From a virus (Duplodnaviria > Caudoviricetes): a stretch of DNA of 64,000 nucleotides. Positions 1 to 10,145 of the stretch are shown here, piece after piece (positions within the stretch are counted from its first letter, which is position 1; each line of letters starts with the position of its first letter). Where the stretch lies: positions 34,219 to 98,218 of the IMG/VR virus record IMGVR_UViG_2851775564_000002. One strand, written 5' to 3'. Position numbers and translations under genes: made by a program. Under the pieces are notes generated by a model. That model was not told the DNA's origin and did no database searches. It saw only the letters and a program-made list of their open reading frames with translations.

Positions 1-133
1 CATTATTAAGAACTAATAGGTTATTTAGCGGGATATAATAATATAGCATTTAAATAATTTTAAGTTAAACTATGGAGAACGGAGTTTAACTTTTTTCTTT
101 ATATAAAAACTAAAAAAGGCAGGAGGTGATAGA

Positions 134-1987
134 TTGATATGCATTTATGACAAGAAAACCGCAAAAGGTAACTTTGAAACCAATGGCCTTGGAGTTCTAG
201 ACCAAGTTATAAGCTGCTTTATTACAGAAGAACTCAATGGAGATTATGAATTAGAACTTGAATATCCAGCCAAGGCACGCAAAGCAAAGTACCTTGAAGA
301 GTGGAATATAATAAAAGCAGATGGGCAGCTTTTTAGAATCTATAGAGTTTTCAAAGAAAGTAAAGATACCAAGATGTTAAAGGTTTTTGCAAAGCATATC
401 TTCTATGACCTTCGTTATTATTTTATAGAAGATAGCAGGGCTGTAAATTGTAGCATTAAAACTGCTATGGAAAAAGCACTTCCAGGAGATTTAAGTCTTA
501 CATACAAAGTTGATAGTGATATTATTTTAGCTAACACTATTTATTTTGTGCAAACCAATCCTGTTGAAGCCTTGTTTTCTATAATTGTGAGATGGAAATG
601 TGGAGAGATTAAAAGAGATAACTTTGATATAAAAATCTTAAAAAGTATAGGAAAAGACTCAGGAGTTTTAATAGCAGAGGGTAAAAATATTATAGGAATT
701 AAATTCAACTCAGATACTACAGATGTTGTTACAAAGCTTTATCCATTAGGCTATAATGGTATAAAACTTACTGAAAAATATATAAATGTGCCTAATTGGA
801 ATAGTGATAAATATCCACCTTTTCCTATAGTTAAAAAGATTGAATTTAAAGATGCTAAAGATGAAGTAACCTTAAGAGCAATGGCTAAGGAAAGTATAAA
901 AACTATAGGTCTTAGTAAAGTTAATATTGAAGTGGATTTTATAGAACTTAGCAAAACTAAAGAATATGAAAATTATAAGCATCTTCAAAAGGTTAATGTA
1001 GGAGATAAGGTTATTGTAAGATACAAAGATTTTGATATAGATATTAAAGTTCCAGTTATAAAAATAAAGAAAGATGTACTTAGGGGATTAAATGCAAAAG
1101 TAGAACTGGGTGAGCCTAAGGATAATATCTTAAATCAAATGGATACATCAGAAATTAAAACTACTGTGGATGAACTTGGAAACAAAGTAGCCGAATCTTT
1201 TAGTTCAATGCTTTATTATGCAAATCCAGTGGAGCTTACAGTTGGTACAAGTAAGATTCAGCCAGTGTATTTAGGAATATCAGCAGTATCTTCAACTAAT
1301 CTTTCTATGAATATATCATTATATTGCATAGCAGATAATGAATGTACAATTACAATTCAAATTCAACTAGATGGAAAAGACATTACATTTACACCAAAAC
1401 AAAAGCTTTTAAAAGGAGATAACATTGTAGGAATACCTATAGGAATACCACAAGTTAAAAGTGGTGCTCACTATTTAGGTATTTTTTTATGTGTTGATAA
1501 TGGAAATTTACAAATACCAAAGTTTAATCTTCAATGTATGATTGATGGTAGAAATCTTCAAGGCGGACTTAGTGCAGAGCCACCTCATGCAGAAGTTAAA
1601 GAATATCAGCCACTTGTTAATATTAATGGAATGTATTTTGATAAGATATTTGCAGGTGATGAAGTAATTGATTTTGAAGAACCCATACCAGTAATTTTTA
1701 ATGAATATATGATTAAGGAAAGAAAGCTTTTTAAAGATAAATACATGAACACAACTTATGATATATTTATTAAAAAATATGGAGCTATTTTATATTTTAA
1801 TCCACAGTTCCAAAATAAATATTTAGGAGATGAAAATATAACTATTATAGATGATAAGGGATTATATATTAAAACTAATTATGAATCATTAGCACAAAAG
1901 GAAACAATAGATTCTGGAATTATGTATAGCTTAGAATTAGTGGATTTAAATAAAGTTAAAGCAATTGAGAACTTGGAGGTGAAATAG
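134..1987 (+). CDS. Phage minor structural protein / tail endopeptidase-like (Tal)
   Basis: N-terminal NGLGVL..C.ITEELNGDYELELEYP and VTKLYPLGYNG are typical of prophage tail proteins; RBS AGGAGGTG. Confidence 0.85.
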   Translation: MICIYDKKTAKGNFETNGLGVLDQVISCFITEELNGDYELELEYPAKARKAKYLEEWNIIKADGQLFRIYRVFKESKDTKMLKVFAKHIFYDLRYYFIEDSRAVNCSIKTAMEKALPGDLSLTYKVDSDIILANTIYFVQTNPVEALFSIIVRWKCGEIKRDNFDIKILKSIGKDSGVLIAEGKNIIGIKFNSDTTDVVTKLYPLGYNGIKLTEKYINVPNWNSDKYPPFPIVKKIEFKDAKDEVTLRAMAKESIKTIGLSKVNIEVDFIELSKTKEYENYKHLQKVNVGDKVIVRYKDFDIDIKVPVIKIKKDVLRGLNAKVELGEPKDNILNQMDTSEIKTTVDELGNKVAESFSSMLYYANPVELTVGTSKIQPVYLGISAVSSTNLSMNISLYCIADNECTITIQIQLDGKDITFTPKQKLLKGDNIVGIPIGIPQVKSGAHYLGIFLCVDNGNLQIPKFNLQCMIDGRNLQGGLSAEPPHAEVKEYQPLVNINGMYFDKIFAGDEVIDFEEPIPVIFNEYMIKERKLFKDKYMNTTYDIFIKKYGAILYFNPQFQNKYLGDENITIIDDKGLYIKTNYESLAQKETIDSGIMYSLELVDLNKVKAIENLEVK

Positions 1988-1989
1988 AG

Positions 1990-3111
1990 TTGTATAGTTC
2001 AAAAATTATTGAAGCTAAGGGGCATGAAGGTATGACGCTTTTAGCTTCGAGTATAGATGATGATACAAAGTCAATTCCAGATATAGGTTTTGATTTTTTT
2101 TACAATGGGGAAAATTGCAGAAATACATTAAAGATAAGTGGTAACTCATGGCTTGGCTTTACAGGATCTAATGAAGAATTAAAAGTTAATAGAAGAGATA
2201 CAAAAGCAGATAAAATTTATTATGCAAAAGAAACGGAAGCAGGGAAATCAATATTTAGAATTAGATGGGAAGGTTTTAATTCTTGGTCATACAAAGGAAA
2301 TTATAATATAGCTTGGGAAGTTATTTTATATAATGACAGTGCTTTTGTTTTAGTAGTTGAAAAAACCACAAAAGATGGAACTGATAGCTTTGAAAATCCT
2401 AGTAAAGGAAGAATTGATTTAGATTTTAAAGCAGGAATTTCCTATGCTTTTATTCCTTCAGAAGATGGCGGTAAAGCTTATTTAGTGCAAGAAGGTTCTT
2501 ATATTCAAGCTAAGATAAAATATTTAATGTTGGATGGTAATGATATAAAGAGATGGGATGATAACTTAAAGCAATATGTTAAAGTATTGGAACTACCACT
2601 TACTAAAGAAAAGTTTATAAATTATGGAGATGATATTCTTCACAAAGAAAGGGCTGGAATAGTTAATACTAAACTAGTCCTTAAAATTTGGAGCGATGCA
2701 GAAAAGATGGTAGCACCTACAATAGTTCAAACTTTAGTACCTAAACCTACATTAATTGAAATGAAGGAAGATATTTTATTTAATGAAGATTATATTATTG
2801 CTATAAATAAAGCAGTAGTTGAAGCTGTGAATAAGGGAAATGGACTTATAAAGTTTATTGTAAGCACTGATAGTGGGGGCAACTTTAAATCGTGGAATGG
2901 CAGCAGTTGGATAAGTGTAGATAAAAACAATTTAGAGGATGTTAAAAATAATGGAATGAGCATAGATACACTTCAAGGAATTAATCAAAGTCAGTGGAAT
3001 AATTTAGGACTAGAAAGTAAAAAACTAAGATTTGCTTTTTATATGGAAATATCATCAAGTAGTGATGAGTTGAAATTAAAGCAAGTAACTCTTAATTATG
3101 AAACAAAGTAA
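1990..3111 (+). CDS. Phage tail/baseplate-associated protein
   Basis: Between Tal-like gene and lysis genes; beta-rich; tightly coupled. Confidence 0.6.
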   Translation: MYSSKIIEAKGHEGMTLLASSIDDDTKSIPDIGFDFFYNGENCRNTLKISGNSWLGFTGSNEELKVNRRDTKADKIYYAKETEAGKSIFRIRWEGFNSWSYKGNYNIAWEVILYNDSAFVLVVEKTTKDGTDSFENPSKGRIDLDFKAGISYAFIPSEDGGKAYLVQEGSYIQAKIKYLMLDGNDIKRWDDNLKQYVKVLELPLTKEKFINYGDDILHKERAGIVNTKLVLKIWSDAEKMVAPTIVQTLVPKPTLIEMKEDILFNEDYIIAINKAVVEAVNKGNGLIKFIVSTDSGGNFKSWNGSSWISVDKNNLEDVKNNGMSIDTLQGINQSQWNNLGLESKKLRFAFYMEISSSSDELKLKQVTLNYETK

Positions 3112-3170
3112 ACATTACACAAACATAAATAATACAAAATATATCTTAATAAAATAAGTTCTAAATGTAG

Positions 3171-4547
3171 TTGAGAGGAGATGAAAACATGGCTTTTAAA
3201 GAAAGTATTTCATATAGTAAGGATTTTTTAACAGGGAGAAGAATAGAAAAAATAAAGCAGAAATTAATAATGCCAGTTCAAGGAATAGCTACAGTAAAGA
3301 TTTATGATGACTTAACTGGAAAACAAATTTATGAAGCTAAAAGTGAAAATAGAATTACAGCGGTTTTAGCAAATCCAGCTTTTTTAGATGGGTATTATTA
3401 CCCAATGCTTGATAATAGAAAGGAGGGGTTACTTGAAGATATATTTAGAACTTATCCTTTTAGAGTTTTAGCTTTAACCTCAGGAGATATAGAGGAAGAT
3501 CCTTATGATTATTTTACATGGGGAAATATTATTGGTTATGCTGATGCATGGTACACATATAGCGGTGATTCAGAACTTATGGGAACTGTAAACAAAGGGG
3601 AATGGTCAAGAGAAGATAAGGATGGAAAAGGAGTAAAACACTTTGTTTTTGATTTTCCAACTCATGCGGCTAATGGAACCTTTAAAAGTATTTATTGGAC
3701 AGGAGGTCAGCGTGATGATAGCTCAGCACAAACTCCAAGAATAAATTGTACTTATCAAAAGAGAACTATAAAAAAAGAAACTCATTCAATACCCTATTAT
3801 AATTTATGTACTGATGAGAATAATCTTTATGCATTAGAGCCAGATAAAACTAAAATTAATGTGTATGACAAATTTACTGCTGAGAAGAAAAATGATGTAA
3901 TACTTAAAGTAGAAGCAAAAGCTATGGCTTACGATGGTGAATGCTTTTGGTTACTTATAAAAGATGGTTCGTTTAAAAAGTTAGATAAGAGTTTTAATGT
4001 AATAGGAAGTTATTCAAAAAGTGCTAAAGTACCAGATAATTTGGTTTATGATGTTTATTATTATGATATTGTTGCTACAGAAAGCAATGTATATATAACT
4101 TATAATGGATGCATTAATAGGGATGGTAATAGCAGAGATTATAGAAGCTGCGTAGCAATGTATGATAAGGATGGTACTTTTGTTAAAAAAGCAGAAGTAT
4201 ATACTGGGACAGGATCTAGACTTTATATTACGAGAATACCAAACAACAGGTTATATGTAATAATTAATGATTATAGGGGCATCCAGTTAAATAGTGATTT
4301 AAATATTTATGGAAGTACAGGACTTACATCTGATGGATATTACAGTATAAGTTGGGATAAGAATACTCAAACATTATTTGTGTTTGATGATTATAATAAC
4401 GGAAGTATAGATGAGTATTATATTGTACCAGCTTCAGCCCATACGCTTTTACCAGAACCAGTAACAAAAACGCCAGTTAATACAATGAAAATTCAATATG
4501 ATTTTACTTGTGACTATGTAAATCCGTTAGATATGCCTGCTCATTGA
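3171..4547 (+). CDS. Phage tail protein, possible receptor-binding protein (likely ATG at 3189)
   Basis: HFVFDFPTHAANGTFKSIYW tail motif; central propeller-like repeats; last gene before holin. Confidence 0.6.
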   Translation: MRGDENMAFKESISYSKDFLTGRRIEKIKQKLIMPVQGIATVKIYDDLTGKQIYEAKSENRITAVLANPAFLDGYYYPMLDNRKEGLLEDIFRTYPFRVLALTSGDIEEDPYDYFTWGNIIGYADAWYTYSGDSELMGTVNKGEWSREDKDGKGVKHFVFDFPTHAANGTFKSIYWTGGQRDDSSAQTPRINCTYQKRTIKKETHSIPYYNLCTDENNLYALEPDKTKINVYDKFTAEKKNDVILKVEAKAMAYDGECFWLLIKDGSFKKLDKSFNVIGSYSKSAKVPDNLVYDVYYYDIVATESNVYITYNGCINRDGNSRDYRSCVAMYDKDGTFVKKAEVYTGTGSRLYITRIPNNRLYVIINDYRGIQLNSDLNIYGSTGLTSDGYYSISWDKNTQTLFVFDDYNNGSIDEYYIVPASAHTLLPEPVTKTPVNTMKIQYDFTCDYVNPLDMPAH

Positions 4548-4587
4548 TTTGAGTGGGCTTTAATTATGTAAAAGGGAGGCTTTAAAA

Positions 4588-4995
4588 GTGAAAAATATTA
4601 TTGAAACAATACAAATGATATTTGCTACTATTGGTGGCTATATTGGATGGTTTTCAGGAGGGGTTGATGGCTTTATGTATGCACTCATAACCTTTGTTAT
4701 CATTGATTATTTGACAGGACTTATGGTAGCAGTGCTAGAGAAAAAGCTATCAAGTGAGGTAGGTTTTAGGGGCATCTTTAAAAAGGTCTTAATTTTTGTA
4801 TTTGTGGGGATAGGAAATATAGTAGATGTTCAATTGATTAAGAACGGTAGTGCAATTCGTACTGCTACTATATTTTTTTATATCTCCAATGAAGGAATAA
4901 GCATTATGGAAAATTCAGCTAAGATAGGACTTCCAGTACCTAAAAAACTTCAAGATATTTTAGCACAGTTGAACAAGGAGGAGAAGAATGAGTAG
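4588..4995 (+). CDS. Holin (toxin secretion/phage lysis holin family)
   Basis: DYLTG, SEVGFRGIFKK, NEGISIMEN..KIGLPVP motifs; hydrophobic segments. Confidence 0.92.
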   Translation: MKNIIETIQMIFATIGGYIGWFSGGVDGFMYALITFVIIDYLTGLMVAVLEKKLSSEVGFRGIFKKVLIFVFVGIGNIVDVQLIKNGSAIRTATIFFYISNEGISIMENSAKIGLPVPKKLQDILAQLNKEEKNE

Positions 4996-5692
4996 ATTAT
5001 GTTTTGATTATGGACATGGTGGAGAAGATAGAGGTGCTTGTTACAAAGGAAGAAAGGAATCTAATGATGTTTTAAATATAGGTAAAGCAGTAGCAGAAGA
5101 AGTTAGAAGACATGGAATTACAGTTGATGAAACAAGAACTTCAGATGCTACAGTAAGTCTTAATGGTAGAAGCAGCTTTGAAAGTAGAAATAGCTACGAT
5201 TACTTTATATCATTTCATAGAAATGCTTTTAAACCAGAACAGGCTAGGGGTGCTGAAACTTACACTTATTTAAGTGCAAGTACAAGAGCTAAAGCATTAG
5301 CTGAAAAAATACAAGCTGGACTTGTAGGTGTTGGTTTTGTTAACAGAGGAGTAAAGACTGCTAATTATCATGTATTAAGAGAAACTAGATGCCCAGCAGT
5401 TTTAATCGAAATTGGGTTTATTGATAACAGTGTAGATAACAATATTTTTGATTCTAAAAGGAATGAAATAATTAAGGTAATAACTAAAGCTATATTGGCT
5501 CAACTAGGTATAAACTATAAAGGAAATGAAGTTAACGAATCAACAACTTATAAAAAGCAGCAATCTGCAAGTGGACAAACTCTTTATAGGGTTATGGCAG
5601 GATCATATGCTCTGAGGGATAATGCAGAAAAGCAAGTTAAGAAGCTAAAGTCAGCAGGATTTGATGCTTGTATTATGATTTTTAACAAGTAG
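4988..5692 (+). CDS. Endolysin, Amidase_3 plus C-terminal SPOR domain
   Basis: DYGHGG..E, SFHRNA, LIEIGFIDN; C-terminal LYRVMAGSY..NAEKQVKKLKSAGFDA. Confidence 0.93.
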   Translation: MSRLCFDYGHGGEDRGACYKGRKESNDVLNIGKAVAEEVRRHGITVDETRTSDATVSLNGRSSFESRNSYDYFISFHRNAFKPEQARGAETYTYLSASTRAKALAEKIQAGLVGVGFVNRGVKTANYHVLRETRCPAVLIEIGFIDNSVDNNIFDSKRNEIIKVITKAILAQLGINYKGNEVNESTTYKKQQSASGQTLYRVMAGSYALRDNAEKQVKKLKSAGFDACIMIFNK

Positions 5693-5713
5693 TTTTTTAT
5701 AAATCCATAAACC

Positions 5714-5740
5714 TTGACTTCTATCACATTTAGAGTGATA
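5714..5740 (+). promoter_or_regulatory. Promoter/operator upstream of recombinases, TTGAC-N9-ATTTAGAGTGAT
   Basis: Same motif and spacing at 12275-12300; contains IR TATCAC-N7-GTGATA. Confidence 0.5.
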
Positions 5741-5777
5741 TATAGTAGTACAAATTTGATAGAAAGGAGGATTTACA

Positions 5778-7067
5778 TTGCGTGTAAGAATTATTGAGCC
5801 TACTTTAAAAGTGCAAAATCAAAAGAAAAGAGTATGTGCTTATGCAAGGGTTTCAACAGATAGTGAAAAGCAAGAAGAATCTTTAGAAAATCAAATACAA
5901 TATTATGAAAATCTTATATTGGCTAATCCAGACTATGAGTTTATAGGAGTATTTGCAGATAGAGGAATAACAGGAACTACTGAAGAAAGACCAGAGTTTC
6001 AAAAGATGCTGCAAATTGCAAGAAATGGAAAAGTGGATTTAATTATAACAAAATCTATATCAAGGTTTGCAAGAAATACTACTATAGTTTTGAAAACTGT
6101 AAGACAACTTAAAGATATAGGTGTTGAGGTGAAATTCGAAAAAGAAAATATAGAAACCTTATCAGGGGATGGTGAGTTAATGCTCACTGTCCTTTCTTCT
6201 TTTTCTCAAGAGGAAAGCAAAAATGTAAGTGATAACATCAAATGGAGAATGAGAAAAAAGTTTCAGCAAGGAGAAATGATTATAAATACTAAAAGATTTT
6301 TGGGATATGACAAGGATGAGTATGGAGATTTAGTTATAAATCCTAAAGAGGCTGAGGTAGTAAAAAGAATTTTTAATGAATACTTAAGCGGAAAAGGATG
6401 TTTTACAATTGCAAAAGGTCTTAGAGAAGAAGGAGTTCCTACAGTTGCCGGTGGAACATGGAGAGACAGTACTATTTTAAGAATACTAAAAAATGAGAAA
6501 TACAAAGGGGATGCATTACTTCAAAAATATTATACATCAGATCATTTAAGAAAAAAGAAAGTTAAGAATAACGGAGAAGTTGAAAGCTATTATATTGAAG
6601 ATGATCATGTACCAATAGTTTCAAGAGAAGCATGGGAAACTGTTCAAGAAGAAATTAAAAAGAGAGCAAAGAAAAAGGGGATTATTTCAGGAGATACAAA
6701 AAAGTATAAGAGAAGATATCCACTAACAGGAATGCTTTACTGCAGTAAATGTGGTTCTACCTTAAGAAGAAGAACATGGAACACTAAACATTCTTGCAAA
6801 AAGATAGTATGGCAGTGTAGCAACTACGTTAAAAATGGAAAGAATGCTTGCATGGGAACTTCAATAGATGATGAAGTTATAAGCAAGCTTAATATAAAGG
6901 AAGAAACTGTAGTAAAGGAGGAATTTAGAAATGGCAAGAAGTATTACAGTTATACCAGCAAAATCCAACAGAACCAACATAGTACAAGCAGCAAAGTCAC
7001 AGAAAAAGAGAATGGCTGCATATTGCAGGGTATCAACAGACCAAGCAGAACAGTTATCAAGCTATGA
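5778..7067 (+). CDS. Large serine recombinase 1
   Basis: YARVST catalytic Ser, TKSISRFARN, recombinase domain, CxxC zinc ribbon. Confidence 0.95.
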   Translation: MRVRIIEPTLKVQNQKKRVCAYARVSTDSEKQEESLENQIQYYENLILANPDYEFIGVFADRGITGTTEERPEFQKMLQIARNGKVDLIITKSISRFARNTTIVLKTVRQLKDIGVEVKFEKENIETLSGDGELMLTVLSSFSQEESKNVSDNIKWRMRKKFQQGEMIINTKRFLGYDKDEYGDLVINPKEAEVVKRIFNEYLSGKGCFTIAKGLREEGVPTVAGGTWRDSTILRILKNEKYKGDALLQKYYTSDHLRKKKVKNNGEVESYYIEDDHVPIVSREAWETVQEEIKKRAKKKGIISGDTKKYKRRYPLTGMLYCSKCGSTLRRRTWNTKHSCKKIVWQCSNYVKNGKNACMGTSIDDEVISKLNIKEETVVKEEFRNGKKYYSYTSKIQQNQHSTSSKVTEKENGCILQGINRPSRTVIKL

Positions 7068-8343
7068 AGCACAGGTAAATTACTATACTAATTTTATAAA
7101 TAATAGTTCAGAATATGAAATGGTAAAAGTTTATGCAGATGAAGGAATTTCAGGAACTAACACAAAAAAGAGAGAACAATTTAATGAAATGATTAGAGAT
7201 TGCAAGGCAGGAAAAATAGATGTAATTATAACAAAATCCATATCAAGATTTGCTCGTAATACTTTGGATTGTTTAAATTATGTAAGAACCCTTAAAGAAC
7301 TTGGCATTGGAGTCATTTTTGAAAAGGAAAATATAAATACATTAGATGCTAAAGGAGAGGTATTGATTTCCATTTTAGCAAGCTTGGCTCAAGATGAAAG
7401 TCGCTCAATTTCTGAAAATTCAACATGGGGAATAAGAAGGAGATTTGAACAAGGAAAGCTGCACATAAACCATAAAAAATTTTTAGGATATACTAAAGAT
7501 GAGGAGGGCAATCTTATAATAGATGAAAAACAAGCCAAGATTGTAAGAAGAATTTATAAGGATTATCTTGATGGAAAAGGTACAAATAGAATAGCAAAAG
7601 AATTTGAAGAAAAAGGAATTAAAGGTTGGAATGGAAAAACTAAATGGTATGAAAGCACTATAAGAGGAATATTAACAAATGAAAAATACAAGGGAGATGC
7701 ACTACTGCAAAAAACTTATACAGTAGATTTCCTTACCAAGAAAAGGGCAGAAAACAATGGGGAAGTTCCACAGTATTATGTGGAGGAAAGCCACCCAGCA
7801 ATTATAGATAAAGAAATGTGGGAGGCAGTACAACTCGAGATGGAGAGAAGAAGAATTTTTGCTAAAGAACATGATATTGTAAAAGTAGATTATGCTACAA
7901 TAACTAATCCTTTTGCAGGGAAAATTATTTGCGGACACTGCGGCAATGTTTTTGGAAGAAAGGTTTGGAACTCCACAAATGAATTACGCAGGAGAATTGT
8001 TTGGAGATGTAATAGAAGATATATTAAAAAAGGGAAGAAAGGCTGTAATAATAAACATATAGATGATAAGGTTTTATATCAAGCTTTTATAGATACCTTC
8101 AATGCCATGATTGAAAATAAAGATTATTTCATGGAAAAGTGGAAGGAACATTTAAAAAGTGACAATGTTTTAGTAAGATATAAGGCAAAGCAATTTATGG
8201 GAATTTTAAAAAATGCAAAACCAATAAAAGAGTTTGATGAGGATTTATTTTTTAGGATAGTAGAGAAGATGACGGTGTTTGATGGAAAGAAGATTATTGT
8301 AAGTTTGCTTGATGGGACTGAGATTGAGGTTGTAATTGAATAA
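6931..8343 (+). CDS. Large serine recombinase 2
   Basis: YCRVST, TKSISRFARN, CGHCG zinc ribbon; overlaps recombinase 1 by 137 bp. Confidence 0.95.
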   Translation: MARSITVIPAKSNRTNIVQAAKSQKKRMAAYCRVSTDQAEQLSSYEAQVNYYTNFINNSSEYEMVKVYADEGISGTNTKKREQFNEMIRDCKAGKIDVIITKSISRFARNTLDCLNYVRTLKELGIGVIFEKENINTLDAKGEVLISILASLAQDESRSISENSTWGIRRRFEQGKLHINHKKFLGYTKDEEGNLIIDEKQAKIVRRIYKDYLDGKGTNRIAKEFEEKGIKGWNGKTKWYESTIRGILTNEKYKGDALLQKTYTVDFLTKKRAENNGEVPQYYVEESHPAIIDKEMWEAVQLEMERRRIFAKEHDIVKVDYATITNPFAGKIICGHCGNVFGRKVWNSTNELRRRIVWRCNRRYIKKGKKGCNNKHIDDKVLYQAFIDTFNAMIENKDYFMEKWKEHLKSDNVLVRYKAKQFMGILKNAKPIKEFDEDLFFRIVEKMTVFDGKKIIVSLLDGTEIEVVIE

Positions 8344-8352
8344 TAAAATAAG

Positions 8353-8398
8353 AGGCTGATTGTGATAATTTTTGTCATAATCAGTCATTTTTTTCTTT
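8353..8398 (+). terminator. Intrinsic terminator after recombinases
   Basis: GGCTGATTGTGATAA / TTGTCATAATCAGTC stem followed by T run. Confidence 0.7.
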
Positions 8399-8486
8399 AT
8401 TAAATAGAAAAAGAAAGAAAATAATTAGTATAATTGAAATAGAAAGATGTTTCATAATAATTTTAAGAAGAAATGGAGGGGAGAAA

Positions 8487-10145
8487 ATGCTCAAATTGGA
8501 GGAGTATATTTCAAAGAGAAAAAAGGAGGATAGAATTGATGAATTTGACTTTAAAAAACATTCAGAGAATATGGCAAGTGCTATAAAATATGTAACAGAT
8601 TATTTTAATAATTATTTGAATTTAGAGGATTACGATTATGAACAAACAAAAATACAACAAACAGTAGAGAAGTTTAAGAAGGATATACAAAAAAGATATC
8701 CAGAAACATATGACTATATAATCTCATACTATTTAGATAATAAAAAACGATTGGATAAATATATTGCTAAAGCTTATGAAGAAATTAAAGATAGTGAGTT
8801 ATTTTATAAAGAAGAGGATTATGATAGGGTTGCGGAGTATGTTATTGAAAAAAAATTAAATATTCCTATGAATGAAACATTATGTCATAAATTATCTGTG
8901 ATGGCACGAGAATATAAAAAACATGAAAATGAATGTCCATCTATTTCTGAAATGAAGGAACTTGATAATGCACTAGTGGATTGGGTAAAATATGTATTCA
9001 GGAAATATGATGTAAATTTATTAAATTATGCAAGCGAAATAGCATATCATTACTATGAAACTTACGTGGTTACAGAGTATGATAGGGATACAGATACTTT
9101 TTATCATATAAATAAGTATGACTATAGGTATCAAGAAAATCCATTTGATATTAATACTATTTATGTTAGAAATGAGCATAGGGAGTTTATTAAGGATAAT
9201 AAAGGTGAACTTGAAATGCTAATAATGTATTGCTGGTTAAATGACGAAATAAGAGATTTAGATTATTGGCCAGAATATGTTCAACTTTGCATTGATTCCA
9301 ATAGAGTAAAGTTATCAAAAAGAAAGTGTGTATTTATACCAGTTCGGATTTCTAATATTAATTACCCACCCGAAATAGTAACTTCGGGTAAATATATTGA
9401 AACAGTTAATGGTTTAATTGAGAAGGATCCAGGAAAAGATTATATATTAAGGATAGCTTATCGAAAGAACAATGATGAAATATGGAAAGATAATATATTA
9501 TTAGAATCTATAATTAAAAATATACAAAGTAGCTTTAAAAGATACGGAACTCCTAGTCTTGTAGAATTTCAATCCCCGTATAAAACAGTAGGATATAATA
9601 AAGAAAAGTTTTTTGATAGTTATCAGGTATTCGAGAAAGGTTTACGTAGATTTACTAATACTAAAATAGCTATAATAAATGGGAATACGAAAGGAAGTAA
9701 AGGAAAAGAATTTTTATTTTCAAATATAGAGGATATTATTAAATTACATAATACATGTAAACAATTAAATCTAAGATTAAAACTATCAGTGGATTTTACT
9801 GATAGTAATAGAAAAAATATTTTGAAGGAAAAAATTGAAGAAACAATTAATGCTTTATCTTCAATGAGAAGTTTTATAGTAGCAATTCATCTTAATAGTA
9901 TTGATTGTTGGAGTAATTATAGGAGTATATATGATAAAGACAATAAACATGCATACATAAGTGCCCATGAATATCCAACAGTATCAATTTTTATGAAGGG
10001 TTTGGCTACTATTGTACAGGATAGTAAAGTACGATATTTAATTCCAGAGAAAGCTAAAAATGAAGATGTACTTGAAGGGTTAATAGATATACTGTATCGT
10101 GTTGGATTTAGTTTTAAAAAAGGCGGTAATATTAATGAAAAGTAG
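8487..10145 (+). CDS. Hypothetical protein: helical N-terminus, possible degenerate TIM-barrel C-terminus
   Basis: 552-aa ORF with RBS GGAGGGG; alternating beta/alpha pattern in C-terminal half. Confidence 0.6.
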   Translation: MLKLEEYISKRKKEDRIDEFDFKKHSENMASAIKYVTDYFNNYLNLEDYDYEQTKIQQTVEKFKKDIQKRYPETYDYIISYYLDNKKRLDKYIAKAYEEIKDSELFYKEEDYDRVAEYVIEKKLNIPMNETLCHKLSVMAREYKKHENECPSISEMKELDNALVDWVKYVFRKYDVNLLNYASEIAYHYYETYVVTEYDRDTDTFYHINKYDYRYQENPFDINTIYVRNEHREFIKDNKGELEMLIMYCWLNDEIRDLDYWPEYVQLCIDSNRVKLSKRKCVFIPVRISNINYPPEIVTSGKYIETVNGLIEKDPGKDYILRIAYRKNNDEIWKDNILLESIIKNIQSSFKRYGTPSLVEFQSPYKTVGYNKEKFFDSYQVFEKGLRRFTNTKIAIINGNTKGSKGKEFLFSNIEDIIKLHNTCKQLNLRLKLSVDFTDSNRKNILKEKIEETINALSSMRSFIVAIHLNSIDCWSNYRSIYDKDNKHAYISAHEYPTVSIFMKGLATIVQDSKVRYLIPEKAKNEDVLEGLIDILYRVGFSFKKGGNINEK

